From Bacilli bacterium (GTDB lineage: Bacteria > Bacillota_I > Bacilli_A > RFN20 > CAG-826), in the NCBI GenBank assembly GCA_028705995.1, contig JAQWCH010000002.1:22398-86397 (forward strand): a stretch of 64,000 nucleotides of DNA, written 5' to 3'. Both the position numbers and the translations under genes were made by a program. Below, one piece after another: positions 40,383-50,758 of the stretch. Every line of letters starts with the position of its first letter. Positions within the stretch are counted from its first letter, which is position 1. Below the pieces are notes generated by a model. The model ran no database searches. It was not told where the DNA came from and saw nothing but the letters and a program-made list of their open reading frames with translations.

Positions 40383-41921
40383 TTAACGCCGGCGCGGAAC
40401 CGGTGTGTAGATGAATTTGTTTTTATATTGTTCTTTACGATAGTAGCCAGATTCGACAAGATGATCCATTGATGTCCGAGCAGTTTCATAAGCACAATTA
40501 AGCGTTTTCTTAAATTGATCAATTGTGTAGAACTTACCAAGTGTACAATGCCGGGCATAGAAATAAGCTTCACCTTTTTTCAGTGTTGGATCCATTTCAC
40601 GCAGGTGAATTTCGAGTTTAGCGGCATCGGCTTCATCGAGTCCGATTGGAAGTGCATCGACCGCGAGTTTTTGTTCATAGTTAATCGCAGCACCCGCTAA
40701 ACGTTGTTCACGTAATTCCGGAACTGGTTCTTTTCTTTCTTCACTTTCACTTGAAACTTCTTTAACAGGCGAAGACGGATTTTCGACTTCAACCTCTGCA
40801 GTTGGTGTAGATTTTTCTTTAATTTCTAGTTCTTGTTCAACCGCTATTTCTTTTTCTACTACCGGTTTAGAAACAGCACTAAAAAGTGGTTGTGGAGGAA
40901 TATCATTCGCCGGTTTTGCTGCTTCAACTTGATAATTTTCATCAATCAAAGCTTGTTTTTCGACTGTGAGAACTTGATCGAGCAATTCATCAATCGCACT
41001 ATTGAATAGAGCAAGTAAATCTAATAATAAATATGTAAAGTCCGCACTGCGTTTAACTTCATATGTAAGCATTTCCATCCGATCGGGATTGGTAATGAGT
41101 ATCTTTTCTAGATTTAATAAACTAGCAATTTGTTCAAAGTCATTACGCATTAAAACAGATTTTAATGTGAGCATTGCTAATTCTTCTGAATAGAACTCAA
41201 ATGGTTTTATGTAAGCAAAATAGAAATAGGCAAATAAAGCGCGGATAATGACCATGAGACCATCATTATTTACAAAACCGATTAAACTAGCCATCATGTC
41301 ATCAATACGGCTCACTGGGGCAGCAATATAAACGCGATCGACAAGCGCGCGTTGTGAAGGATCACGCACTTCTTTATTCCGGTAGAATTGTGTTAATTCA
41401 GCGCCACCATTCATGATTTCATAAAGAAAGCCGATGTAATCTTCATCAAGTGGAATGTCATGTTTTGTTTCAATATATTTAAGTGCATTAAAATAGTTGA
41501 CAAGCACCATTGTTTCAACCGCCGGGGCCGAAACATTACCGCGCACAACACTATGCAAAAAACTATCAGTTGGCGTCAGTTTATACCGCTTGGCTACTGA
41601 TTTTAAAGTTGCTTTGTATTGATTGTCACGCACAATAATCGCCGTGATGTCGTCGGGACTAAGCCGTGATAAACGCATCAGCGCTTTTGATAATTTGCGC
41701 TCCAACTGATTAATTTTTTCACTAATTGCAGGAGTAATGACGACACGATATGGTTCGTTATCAACCGTTTTTAAGCCAACTGGACGGGCAAAACGACTCC
41801 GATACTCTAAAATTTGGTTCCAAAAGGGATCAACCATCGTTGTTTGTGTCGCTTTGACGACTTCTTGCCGGGTTGCGTATGTATCGTCGCAAAAATCGGC
41901 GATTAATCTATTCTTATCCAT
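40383..41921 (-). CDS. Fic-fold-like protein with a degenerate active-site motif, a low-complexity linker and a C-terminal winged-helix
   Basis: ...FAYIKPFEFYSEELAMLTLKSVL sits where HPFx[DE]GNGRxxR is expected; the flanking helices fit a Fic-like pattern; C-terminal KFYTIDQFKKTLNCAYETARTSMDHLVESGYY is wHTH-like. Confidence 0.45.
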   Translation of the reverse strand: MDKNRLIADFCDDTYATRQEVVKATQTTMVDPFWNQILEYRSRFARPVGLKTVDNEPYRVVITPAISEKINQLERKLSKALMRLSRLSPDDITAIIVRDNQYKATLKSVAKRYKLTPTDSFLHSVVRGNVSAPAVETMVLVNYFNALKYIETKHDIPLDEDYIGFLYEIMNGGAELTQFYRNKEVRDPSQRALVDRVYIAAPVSRIDDMMASLIGFVNNDGLMVIIRALFAYFYFAYIKPFEFYSEELAMLTLKSVLMRNDFEQIASLLNLEKILITNPDRMEMLTYEVKRSADFTYLLLDLLALFNSAIDELLDQVLTVEKQALIDENYQVEAAKPANDIPPQPLFSAVSKPVVEKEIAVEQELEIKEKSTPTAEVEVENPSSPVKEVSSESEERKEPVPELREQRLAGAAINYEQKLAVDALPIGLDEADAAKLEIHLREMDPTLKKGEAYFYARHCTLGKFYTIDQFKKTLNCAYETARTSMDHLVESGYYRKEQYKNKFIYTPVPRRR

Positions 41922-42039
41922 AGCGTGTACCTCAAAATAAATATACCATCTCTTTTAATAAATGAAAAGCAAAAAACTAAAATATAACTAATTATCTACT
42001 AGATGAAAAAACGCCTATTCATCATGGTTTTAACGGTTT

Positions 42040-43857
42040 CTATTCTTCTTCAATTGAAAGCACACTCATAAAGGCTTCTTGCGGAATTTCAATACTACCG
42101 ACTGCTTTCATGCGCTTCTTACCAGCTTTTTGTTTTTCCAGCAGTTTGCGCTTACGCGAAATATCGCCACCATAGCATTTGGCTAAGACGTCTTTACGTA
42201 ACGCCTTAACATCAGCGCGGGCAATGATTTTTTTATTAATTGCTGCTTGAATTGGTACTTCAAACATCTGCGCTGGAATAATTGCCTTTAATTTGCGTAC
42301 TAAGGCGACACCACGATTATAAGCATGCGGTTGATAGACAATACTTGAAAGTGCATCAACAACTTCGCCATTGAGAAGAATATCCATTTTGATGAGTTTC
42401 CCCGGTCGATAGCAACTAAAAAGATAGTCAAACGAGGCATAGCCTTTTGTGTAACTTTTTAGTTTATCAAAGAAATTGTAAATTATTTCGGCGAGTGGAA
42501 GCTCATATTTTAATGTCATCCGTGTTTCATCAAAATAGTCTAAAGCTACGTAAATACCGCGTTTTTCTTCGCATAATTCCATCACCGAACCAACAAAGTC
42601 TTTGGGGACCATGATTGTCGCTTCGACATATGGTTCTTCGATTTGTTTGATTAATACAGGATCCATGATCTTCGCGGGATTATCGATTTTATGTAAAGCA
42701 CCATCGGTCGTTATAATGTGATAAACAACCGAGGGGGCTGTTAAAATTAAGTCTAAATTATATTCGCGTTCCAAGCGTTCTTGAACGATATCCATATGGA
42801 GCAAACCTAAAAAGCCACACCGGAATCCAAAGCCTAAGGCCTGGGAGGTTTCCGCTTCATAATGTAAGGAAGCATCAGATAAAACAAGTTTTTCTAACGC
42901 ATCACGTAAGTCTCCATAGCGATTACTATCAACAGGATATAGTCCACAATAGACCATTGGATTAATCTCGCGATATCCAGGTAATGGCGCGATTGCTGGA
43001 TTATTTTTTGTCGTAATCGTTTCGCCACTGTGGACATTCTTAATATCCTTAATCTGCGCACACAAATAGCCAACTTCACCAGCCACTAATTGACCGGTTG
43101 AAATTTCTTGTGGGGTTCGGATTCCAATCTCATTAACAAGGTATTCTTGCCCGTTACTCATCAAGCGAATTGTATCGCCAACTTTGACAACTCCTTCTTT
43201 GATGCGAATCATTACAACAACACCGCGATAAGAATCGTAGTATGAATCAAAAATTAATGCTTTTAGTGGGCTAAATTTATCACCTTGTGGCGATGGAATT
43301 TGTTCGACAATTGCTTCTAAGATATCCTCAACGTTAGCACCGGTCTTAGCGGAAACAGCAATTGCTTTATCGCCGTTTAAGCCGATTTTTTCTGTGATTT
43401 CTTTACGGGCAAAATCTAGATCAGCACTCGGCAAATCCATTTTATTAATCACGGGAATGATAAATAAATCATTATCGACTGCTAAATATGCGTTCGCGAG
43501 CGTTTGCGCTTCTACGCCTTGTGTCGCATCAACTAAAAGCAGCGCACCTTCGCATGCTGCTAAAGAACGCGATACTTCATAAGTAAAGTCGACATGCCCA
43601 GGAGTGTCAATTAAGTTAAAAAGATAATCTTCACCATTGTTCGCATGATAGGTTAAAGAAATCGCATTGAGTTTAATCGTGATTCCGCGTTCGCGTTCAA
43701 GATCCATATTATCGAGATATTGTTGTTTCATCTCGCGTTTTGTTACCGTACCAGTTAGTTCGATAATGCGATCAGCAAGTGTCGATTTTCCGTGATCAAT
43801 ATGGGCAATAATTGAAAAATTGCGGATATGATCTTGTTTGAATTCCATAATCGACAC
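42040..43857 (-). CDS. lepA: Elongation factor 4 (LepA)
   Basis: [30 protein letters not shown]; LepA-specific C-terminal domain. Confidence 0.95.
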   Translation of the reverse strand: MSIMEFKQDHIRNFSIIAHIDHGKSTLADRIIELTGTVTKREMKQQYLDNMDLERERGITIKLNAISLTYHANNGEDYLFNLIDTPGHVDFTYEVSRSLAACEGALLLVDATQGVEAQTLANAYLAVDNDLFIIPVINKMDLPSADLDFARKEITEKIGLNGDKAIAVSAKTGANVEDILEAIVEQIPSPQGDKFSPLKALIFDSYYDSYRGVVVMIRIKEGVVKVGDTIRLMSNGQEYLVNEIGIRTPQEISTGQLVAGEVGYLCAQIKDIKNVHSGETITTKNNPAIAPLPGYREINPMVYCGLYPVDSNRYGDLRDALEKLVLSDASLHYEAETSQALGFGFRCGFLGLLHMDIVQERLEREYNLDLILTAPSVVYHIITTDGALHKIDNPAKIMDPVLIKQIEEPYVEATIMVPKDFVGSVMELCEEKRGIYVALDYFDETRMTLKYELPLAEIIYNFFDKLKSYTKGYASFDYLFSCYRPGKLIKMDILLNGEVVDALSSIVYQPHAYNRGVALVRKLKAIIPAQMFEVPIQAAINKKIIARADVKALRKDVLAKCYGGDISRKRKLLEKQKAGKKRMKAVGSIEIPQEAFMSVLSIEEE

Positions 43858-43876
43858 CTCCTTATTTATAATTCGC

Positions 43877-43905
43877 TTAATTATAGCAAAAAGTGCTGTT
43901 CAAAA
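43877..43905 (-). promoter_or_regulatory. lepA promoter with an extended -10 (TGcTATAAT)
   Basis: Minus-strand ctttttGCTATAATtaag. Confidence 0.45.
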
Positions 43906-43929
43906 ATAATATTATCGTAGTTCTTTTAT

Positions 43930-46293
43930 TTAGCTCCGCCGACTAGTCCAAAATTGACCAACAAGTGTGGCAATGTCTTCAACAGATGTAACTACTTCAT
44001 AGTTATCCCATTCACGTTTAAATAAGTCGCGATATTGCCGACGAAGATAACGATCATCAATCAAGAGGACTACGCCGTGATCTTGCTCAGAACGAATTAC
44101 ACGGCCAACCGCCTGCATTACACGGTTCATGCCCGGATTTGTGTAACTATAATCGAAACCATTTAAACCATGGTCGTCATAATAAGAGCGAATTAAATCT
44201 CGTTCAAATGATATTTGTGGTAACCCAATGCCGACAATAACCGCGCCAATCAATCGGTCATCACGCAAATCAATACCTTCAGAAAAAGCGCCACCGAGAA
44301 CAGCAAGTCCAAGCATTGTTTTTGTTGGCTGGAGTCTAAAATTCATTAAAAAGGCTTCTTTTTCTTCGTTTTTCATATCAGAAGTCTGGACAATCATCGC
44401 AAAATCATGTTTTTTACTTAAATCCCAAAGATAGCTTTCCACCGCCATCAAATAACGATATGATGGGAAAAATATTAGATAATTGCCAACTGCTCCAAGA
44501 ATAATGCTCTCAATATAATCGGCTACTTCACCATACGTATCATCGCGCTTTTTAAATGTTGTCGCAATTGTCGGAGCAATCATCAAAAGCCGATTTTCTA
44601 CTGGAAAAGGATTCGGCAGTAAAAGAATCGGATCGTTGGACATTCCCCCAAGTAATTTAACGTAATAATCGATTGGTGAAAGCGTTGCCGAGAAGAGAAT
44701 ACGACTGCGAATTTTAAGTAGATTACGCCGGACATGTTGGCTGGGATCAAGATTAAAAAGGTGAATCTCAATATCTTTTTCCTGAGGATGACTTATATAC
44801 GTTATGTAGGTTTCATCAACAAAATCAAGCATTTTGAGCAAACGATTTACCTTGAAGAAAAAATCAATAAATGCATCGCTAATCGACTGCGAGAAATTGC
44901 GCATTACCTCTTGGCCAGCGAGGATGAAGTCATTTAAATGACGAATCATAATCGGCAAAATACCTTCTATCACCGTTTCTTGTTCAGATGGGAAAGTTTT
45001 AAGCAATTGGGCAAAATCCTTATTTAGTAGGCGAAAAGCCTTTTTGATTTTTGGGTAATCAATGTTTCGCACATCTTTTTTTGCCGCTTGTAAAGATGAT
45101 AAAGATAAACTTGCACTATACATATCGCGTGCCCGCTCGACAAGATTATGCGCCTCATCAATTAACGCTACATAATTTGCGCCATCTTCATCAAAATAGC
45201 GCCGCATATAAACAAGCGGATCAAAAAGATAGTTGTAGTCGCAAATAATAATATCGGAATAAAGTGACAAATCCAACTCAAGTTCAAAAGGACAAATTGT
45301 ATATTTTTTGGCGTATTTTTGGATGATTTCCGGAGTAAACACATCTTCTTTAAGCACCATTTCTGTTAGCACATCACGGATTTTACTATAGTAATCTTTG
45401 GCAAATGGACATTCATCTGGATTACATGCTGTGCCCGGATGCGGACAAATTTTATCTTTAGCGGTAATAACAATCGGCGTAGCCTCTAATCCTTGCTCTT
45501 TTAGAAGTAAAACGGCGGAAAATGCTGCTTCTTGACCGCTTGTTTTTGCTGTTAAATAGAAAATTTTATCTGTTTGATCAACGGAAAATGTTTGAACTGC
45601 AGGATAAAGTGTTGACATCGTTTTACCAATACCCGTCGGGGCTTCAACATAAAGCGAACCACCTTGTTTTAAGGTTGCAAAAGCATAACGTGCGAGTTTT
45701 TTTTGTCCACTACGAAAACTTGAATATGGGAAATGTAGTTTTTTCACCGAAGAGTCGCGTTTAAGTTGACGTTTGTAAATAATGTTGAAAAAGTTTAAGT
45801 ATAGCGCGATTAATCTGTGAATTTCGGCATCGAGTTCATCACGTGAAAAGCGATAATCTTTGACGAGTTTTTGTTGATTGCTTTGATGTAAATAAGTAAG
45901 TCGAACACCGATATCATCTAAATCTTGTTCTAAAGCGTACATTAAGGCATAACATTTCGCTTGGCCTAGATGCCATGTTTCATTTTCTTTAAAGAAATCA
46001 TTTACATCAATTACTGTTGACTTTATTTCATCGATAATAAAATAATCATACGCCCCGATTATACCATCGGCTCGACCTTGTAAAGTAACGAGAAAATTAT
46101 CGACTTCAAATGTGTGTTCAAGCGGATATTCACTAAGATATTGTGTTGTTTGTTTCTTTTGATATAAAGCGTGTAGGCGCGTTCCTTCGCTCATCGAAGC
46201 TTTGTTAAAAACTCTTGTATCTATGCTCCCTGTACGAAGCAAAAAATCTACAAGATTATGAACAGATAAACGCAGCTTAATTAATTCGCTCAT
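43930..46293 (-). CDS. DinG/XPD-family (Rad3-like, Fe-S) helicase with an N-terminal RecB/Cas4-like PD-(D/E)xK nuclease domain
   Basis: N-terminus has GRADGII (motif II), IIDEIKS (ExK) and LGQAKCYALMY (QxxxY); then Walker A (APTGIGKT), four Cys (CPHPGTACNPDECP...CPFE), a DEAH box (LIDEAHNL) and C-terminal helicase motifs. Confidence 0.7.
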   Translation of the reverse strand: MSELIKLRLSVHNLVDFLLRTGSIDTRVFNKASMSEGTRLHALYQKKQTTQYLSEYPLEHTFEVDNFLVTLQGRADGIIGAYDYFIIDEIKSTVIDVNDFFKENETWHLGQAKCYALMYALEQDLDDIGVRLTYLHQSNQQKLVKDYRFSRDELDAEIHRLIALYLNFFNIIYKRQLKRDSSVKKLHFPYSSFRSGQKKLARYAFATLKQGGSLYVEAPTGIGKTMSTLYPAVQTFSVDQTDKIFYLTAKTSGQEAAFSAVLLLKEQGLEATPIVITAKDKICPHPGTACNPDECPFAKDYYSKIRDVLTEMVLKEDVFTPEIIQKYAKKYTICPFELELDLSLYSDIIICDYNYLFDPLVYMRRYFDEDGANYVALIDEAHNLVERARDMYSASLSLSSLQAAKKDVRNIDYPKIKKAFRLLNKDFAQLLKTFPSEQETVIEGILPIMIRHLNDFILAGQEVMRNFSQSISDAFIDFFFKVNRLLKMLDFVDETYITYISHPQEKDIEIHLFNLDPSQHVRRNLLKIRSRILFSATLSPIDYYVKLLGGMSNDPILLLPNPFPVENRLLMIAPTIATTFKKRDDTYGEVADYIESIILGAVGNYLIFFPSYRYLMAVESYLWDLSKKHDFAMIVQTSDMKNEEKEAFLMNFRLQPTKTMLGLAVLGGAFSEGIDLRDDRLIGAVIVGIGLPQISFERDLIRSYYDDHGLNGFDYSYTNPGMNRVMQAVGRVIRSEQDHGVVLLIDDRYLRRQYRDLFKREWDNYEVVTSVEDIATLVGQFWTSRRS

Positions 46294-46317
46294 ATTACTA
46301 TCTACTAGTTATATACT

Positions 46318-46345
46318 TTATAAAAACTATAAATATACTTTATAG
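46318..46345 (-). terminator. Terminator after fmt
   Basis: ctataaa-tatac-tttatag hairpin overlapping the fmt stop, with a T-run on the minus strand. Confidence 0.5.
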
Positions 46346-47275
46346 CCAAATTTCACCTTCTAAGCCTTGTCTACCATTAACAAATTCTTTGCTTGTCATT
46401 GGGCGTTTACCGGCCATTTGTAAACGTTTAATTTCTAATTGTCCATCACTTACTTGGATAAATAGACCATTTTTATTCGCTTGAATAATTGTCCCAATTG
46501 GTGCTTCTACTTGATCGTTAATAGCTTCAACTTCGAGCATCTTGATGATTTGATCTTTCCAAAGTAAATACGCACCTGGTTCTTCGCTAAGCGCGCGTAC
46601 CCATCCGATAATCTTGCTTTTTGGTTGACGAATATCAAGGTGTTCTTGTTCCCTTTTTATTAACCCGGCAAAAGTTACCTCATCTTCGTTTTGAGCAATT
46701 CCTGGTAATTTTTCATCAAGATATAATGGTAGCGACTCTAAAAGTAAGTGGAGCGCGGCTACTTTCATTTTTTCAGCCAGTGATGTGAAATTATCCTTAT
46801 CGTCGATTGTTATTTCTTTTTTCGCATACATGAGCCCGGCATCCATTTTATCAATCATTTGCATTAATGTGATTCCCGTCACTTTATCATCGTTAATAAG
46901 CGCCATTTGCATTGGTGAAGCACCACGATACTGCGGTAAAAGAGAGCCGTGTAAGTTTAATGCGCCTAAGTGTGGTATATCAAGTAATCCTTGAGGAATG
47001 ATTTGTCCGTAAGCAAAGCAAATTATTAAGTCAGGCTGAAGTTCTTGGGCAAATTGATAATCCAATCGTACTTTTGCCGGTTGAAATACAGGAATATTAT
47101 GTTTAAGGGCAACTTTTTTAGTTGGAACTTCTTCTAATATGCGCTTGCGTCCAACTTCCTTGTCCGGTTGAGCTAGCACACCAACAACGTTATATCCCGC
47201 GCTTATTAAGCCTTCAAGCACAAAAGATGAGATTCCGGGAGTTCCTAAATATAGAATTCGTGGATATTCATGCAT
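46340..47275 (-). CDS. fmt: Methionyl-tRNA formyltransferase
   Basis: N-terminal formyltransferase domain (ILYLGTPGISS...); 311 aa; AAGAGG SD. Confidence 0.85.
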   Translation of the reverse strand: MHEYPRILYLGTPGISSFVLEGLISAGYNVVGVLAQPDKEVGRKRILEEVPTKKVALKHNIPVFQPAKVRLDYQFAQELQPDLIICFAYGQIIPQGLLDIPHLGALNLHGSLLPQYRGASPMQMALINDDKVTGITLMQMIDKMDAGLMYAKKEITIDDKDNFTSLAEKMKVAALHLLLESLPLYLDEKLPGIAQNEDEVTFAGLIKREQEHLDIRQPKSKIIGWVRALSEEPGAYLLWKDQIIKMLEVEAINDQVEAPIGTIIQANKNGLFIQVSDGQLEIKRLQMAGKRPMTSKEFVNGRQGLEGEIWL

Positions 47276-47351
47276 CGATTATTAGCCTCTTTTCGTAATT
47301 ATTTTGCTTTAATATTATACCGCATTATCACTTAATCCGGGCTCCAAACAT

Positions 47352-47378
47352 GAAAAAATACGTTTTCGTAACGTATTT
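47352..47378 (-). terminator. Terminator ending the sugar-biosynthesis operon
   Basis: aaatacgtt-ttcgt-aacgtattt 9-bp stem with a T-run on the minus strand. Confidence 0.8.
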
Positions 47379-47395
47379 ATTATAAAAAAGTATTA

Positions 47396-48511
47396 TTACT
47401 TCACAAAATAATCTTTAATGACATCCGCCAATAAATGATAATCACGATTGGGTATAATTGAAATCGCACCATTTTCGACTAATTCGCTTGCGTAATTACT
47501 ATCACGATCAACACAAGCGATAACTGGTTGACCTGCTTGCTTAATCATCGCGGTTTTCAAAGGACAGGCTGTATAAATAACGCCCGGTAGCAAAGAAATA
47601 AAGTTGACATCGGCAGCTTTATATAAATATGCTGATTCTTCGTTTGTTGTCATTGGATAAAATTCGCAATTTTGTAAATTTAGTTCGGCAATCTTGGCTT
47701 TGATTCTAATCGCTTGAGATCCTTCACCAATAATTTTAAACGCAATATGATTCTCATCCTGTAAAATACGAGCGGCCGCTAACAGGACATCCAAATCTTG
47801 TAAATATCCAATGTTGCCCGCATATAGAATTGTTTTTTTGTCATTTTCAAAATGATATTTTTGTTTAATTAACTGCATTTTTTGATCATCATAACGCGAT
47901 ATTTGAAAAGTCGGTGGATTCGCTCTTACATGAATTTTCTTACTAAAATCACCTTTGTTTGCTAATGTTAAACGCATATCTTCGGAAATCGTATAGATAT
48001 CATCCGCGCGTTGCATAATCTTTTTTTGATAATTATTGACGAACTTATAAATAAATGGACGATGAGAAAAGATATTATCTGGATAAATATCTTGGATATC
48101 ATATATGATTTTTATCCCACGTTTTTTGGCAATTTTGCTTGCCCAATAAGCATAAAAAATAGGTGGACTTGTTTGAATAAAAATTTCATCAGACGGTATT
48201 TTTTTTAACTTTTGCGCACAGCGATAAGAGACCGATAAATAGCGGTGCAAAAGATTAAATTTATTAAAATGATAATAAGTAAAACAATTTACACGATATA
48301 CATGTAGGTTTGTCCGTAGATGTTCATACTTGATATGGCGATACTTATTAATTTGCTCTTTACTGACGCCGCGGGTTGGATTTGGCGTAATGATATTAAC
48401 GCGCATTCCCTTAGTCAAGCACTCATCAATATGCTTTTGATAAATAAAATTAACAGTTGGTTCTTCTGGAAGATAATACATTAGCAAAAAAGTGATTGTC
48501 TTCATGTGCAA
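47396..48511 (-). CDS. GT4-family glycosyltransferase (WbuB/Cap-like)
   Basis: GT-B N-terminal domain pattern; C-terminal half typical of GT4; operon with the UDP-sugar enzymes. Confidence 0.6.
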   Translation of the reverse strand: MHMKTITFLLMYYLPEEPTVNFIYQKHIDECLTKGMRVNIITPNPTRGVSKEQINKYRHIKYEHLRTNLHVYRVNCFTYYHFNKFNLLHRYLSVSYRCAQKLKKIPSDEIFIQTSPPIFYAYWASKIAKKRGIKIIYDIQDIYPDNIFSHRPFIYKFVNNYQKKIMQRADDIYTISEDMRLTLANKGDFSKKIHVRANPPTFQISRYDDQKMQLIKQKYHFENDKKTILYAGNIGYLQDLDVLLAAARILQDENHIAFKIIGEGSQAIRIKAKIAELNLQNCEFYPMTTNEESAYLYKAADVNFISLLPGVIYTACPLKTAMIKQAGQPVIACVDRDSNYASELVENGAISIIPNRDYHLLADVIKDYFVK

Positions 48512-48537
48512 TTAAACCACCTTTCTTCTAATCGTTT

Positions 48538-49551
48538 TTATTTAAAAAGGTTGAGCTTTTTAAGTAGTGTTTGCATGCCGGCAACATCTAAACGTTTAGT
48601 ATTGTGCGAGTGATAAGGCTCACCCTTATCAAATAAAGTCGTGCCTGTATCAATGTATTTACCATAGTTTAAGTCGCGATTATCGCTCGGAATACGGAAA
48701 AAATCATTTTCATCAATCGCTTTAACCATTTCTTCCGAAGTCACAAGCACTTCATAGAGTTTTTCTCCATGGCGCGTACCAATGTAGGCTTTACCAACTT
48801 GACTACCAGTTAATCCTAAAACGGCGTCCGCTAACGTATCAATTGTCGCGGCGGGGGCTTTTTGAACAAACAAATCACCTTGTTGACCATTAGCAAAAGC
48901 ATAAAGCACAAGATCGACAGCATCTTCTAATGTCATCATAAATCTCGTCATATCAGGATTGGTAATTGTGATTGGTTTGCCCTGTTTAATTTGCTCAAGA
49001 AAGAGCGGAATCACGCTACCACGGCTCGCCATCACGTTACCATAGCGGGTTAAACATAAAACAGTATCGCCAGGAAGCATTTGCCGGGAGCGGGCGATGA
49101 CATTTTTTTCCATCAAGGCTTTGGACATACCCATTGCATTAATTGGATAAGCTGCTTTATCGGTCGATAAGAAGATTGCTTTTTTTACACCATTTTGTAG
49201 ACATGCTGAAATGACGTTGTCACTACCAATAATATTCGTTTTAACTGCTTCAATTGGATAAAATTCACACGATGGAACTTGTTTTAAAGCAGCGGCACTA
49301 AATACAAAATCAACACCGCGAAATGCGCCAGCCATTGAGTTATAATCCCGCACATCGCCAATGTAAAACTTTAACTTCTCATTATTATATGCTTTGCGCA
49401 TGTCATCTTGCTTTTTTTCATCGCGCGATAAAATACGAATCTCTTTGATGTTTGTTTTCAAAAATCGATCCACCACAGCGTGGCCAAATGAACCAGTACC
49501 ACCCGTTACTAAAAGCACTTTACCATCAAACATTTTTTCGTCAAAAGTCAT
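48538..49551 (-). CDS. capE: UDP-N-acetylglucosamine 4,6-dehydratase (inverting), CapE/FnlA/PseB type
   Basis: Near-collinear match to S. aureus Cap5E: LLVTGGTGSFG, IRILSRDEKKQDDMRKAYNN.KLKFYIGDVRD, AAALKQVPSCEF, YGNVMASRGSVIPLF. Confidence 0.8.
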   Translation of the reverse strand: MTFDEKMFDGKVLLVTGGTGSFGHAVVDRFLKTNIKEIRILSRDEKKQDDMRKAYNNEKLKFYIGDVRDYNSMAGAFRGVDFVFSAAALKQVPSCEFYPIEAVKTNIIGSDNVISACLQNGVKKAIFLSTDKAAYPINAMGMSKALMEKNVIARSRQMLPGDTVLCLTRYGNVMASRGSVIPLFLEQIKQGKPITITNPDMTRFMMTLEDAVDLVLYAFANGQQGDLFVQKAPAATIDTLADAVLGLTGSQVGKAYIGTRHGEKLYEVLVTSEEMVKAIDENDFFRIPSDNRDLNYGKYIDTGTTLFDKGEPYHSHNTKRLDVAGMQTLLKKLNLFK

Positions 49552-49561
49552 AGTTGTTCTC

Positions 49562-50692
49562 CTACTTTTTTAACCAAACAGTTGTATTTACTATTTCGGT
49601 ATAACTTTGAATAATTTTTATTACTTTTGTTGCGACATCCGGTGCATGATAATCTTTCGCCATCAGTGGTACGCCTTCTTGTTTAAACATATTTACGGCA
49701 AGCTCAAGTGCTTGCTCAACATCTTGCGTTTTTACGCCACCGATGACGATGGTGCCCGCATCAAGGGCCTCAGGGCGTTCAGTTGATGTACGGATGAGAA
49801 CAGCAGGGAATCCCAATATCGCCGATTCTTCAGAAAGCGTCCCGCTATCGCTAAGCACACAATAAGCATTTTTTTGAAGTTTACAATAATCAAATAGGCC
49901 AAATGGCAGTAATGGTCGCACTAATGGGTGAAATTTGAATTTGCGCTTTTCAATCCATTTTTTTGAACGAGGATGCATCGAATAAATAATTGGCATTTGA
50001 TAATGTTCAGCAATATTATTAATTGCTTGCATTAAATTCATGAATTTATCTTCTAAATCAATATTTTCTTCGCGGTGTGCACTAAGAAGAATATAGTTTT
50101 TTGCTTCGAGATTTAATTTATCCAATACTGCGCTTTTTTCAATTGCTTCAGCATTATCATGTAGCACTTCGTACATCGGTGAACCAGTCACGAAAATTGT
50201 TTTGCCATCAAGACCTTCTTCAAGTAAATAGCGGCGACTATTTTCCGTATAAGGCAGATTAACATCACTAATGTGATCGACGATCTTACGATTAATCATC
50301 TCGGATACATTCCAGTCCCAACACCGATTGCCAGCTTCCATATGGAAGATTGGGCATTTTAATCTTTTTGCACTAATTGCCGAAAGCGCGCTATTGGTAT
50401 CTCCGAGAACGAGAATAGCATCCGGTTTTTCTTTTTCGATTACCGCATAACTTTTGGCAATGATGGCCCCCATCGTTTCACCAAGATCTTTGCCTACGGC
50501 GTTCAAATAATAATCTGGTGCGCGTAATCCAAGTTCTTGAAAGAATATTTCATTTAGCGTGTAATCATAATTTTGTCCCGTATGCACCAAAACATGGCGA
50601 AAATATTGATCGGCCTTTTTTATCACGGCAGATAAACGAATAATTTCCGGTCGGGTGCCGATAATTGTCATCAATTTGAGTTTTTCCATCAT
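49562..50692 (-). CDS. UDP-N-acetylglucosamine 2-epimerase (non-hydrolysing)
   Basis: IIGTRPEIIRL and HTGQNYDY motifs; 376 aa. Confidence 0.8.
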   Translation of the reverse strand: MMEKLKLMTIIGTRPEIIRLSAVIKKADQYFRHVLVHTGQNYDYTLNEIFFQELGLRAPDYYLNAVGKDLGETMGAIIAKSYAVIEKEKPDAILVLGDTNSALSAISAKRLKCPIFHMEAGNRCWDWNVSEMINRKIVDHISDVNLPYTENSRRYLLEEGLDGKTIFVTGSPMYEVLHDNAEAIEKSAVLDKLNLEAKNYILLSAHREENIDLEDKFMNLMQAINNIAEHYQMPIIYSMHPRSKKWIEKRKFKFHPLVRPLLPFGLFDYCKLQKNAYCVLSDSGTLSEESAILGFPAVLIRTSTERPEALDAGTIVIGGVKTQDVEQALELAVNMFKQEGVPLMAKDYHAPDVATKVIKIIQSYTEIVNTTVWLKK

Positions 50693-50758
50693 TGATTCCT
50701 CATGTTCATGATTATACGCTTTATTATACTTGATATTTACTAGTTATCGAAAGGTAAT

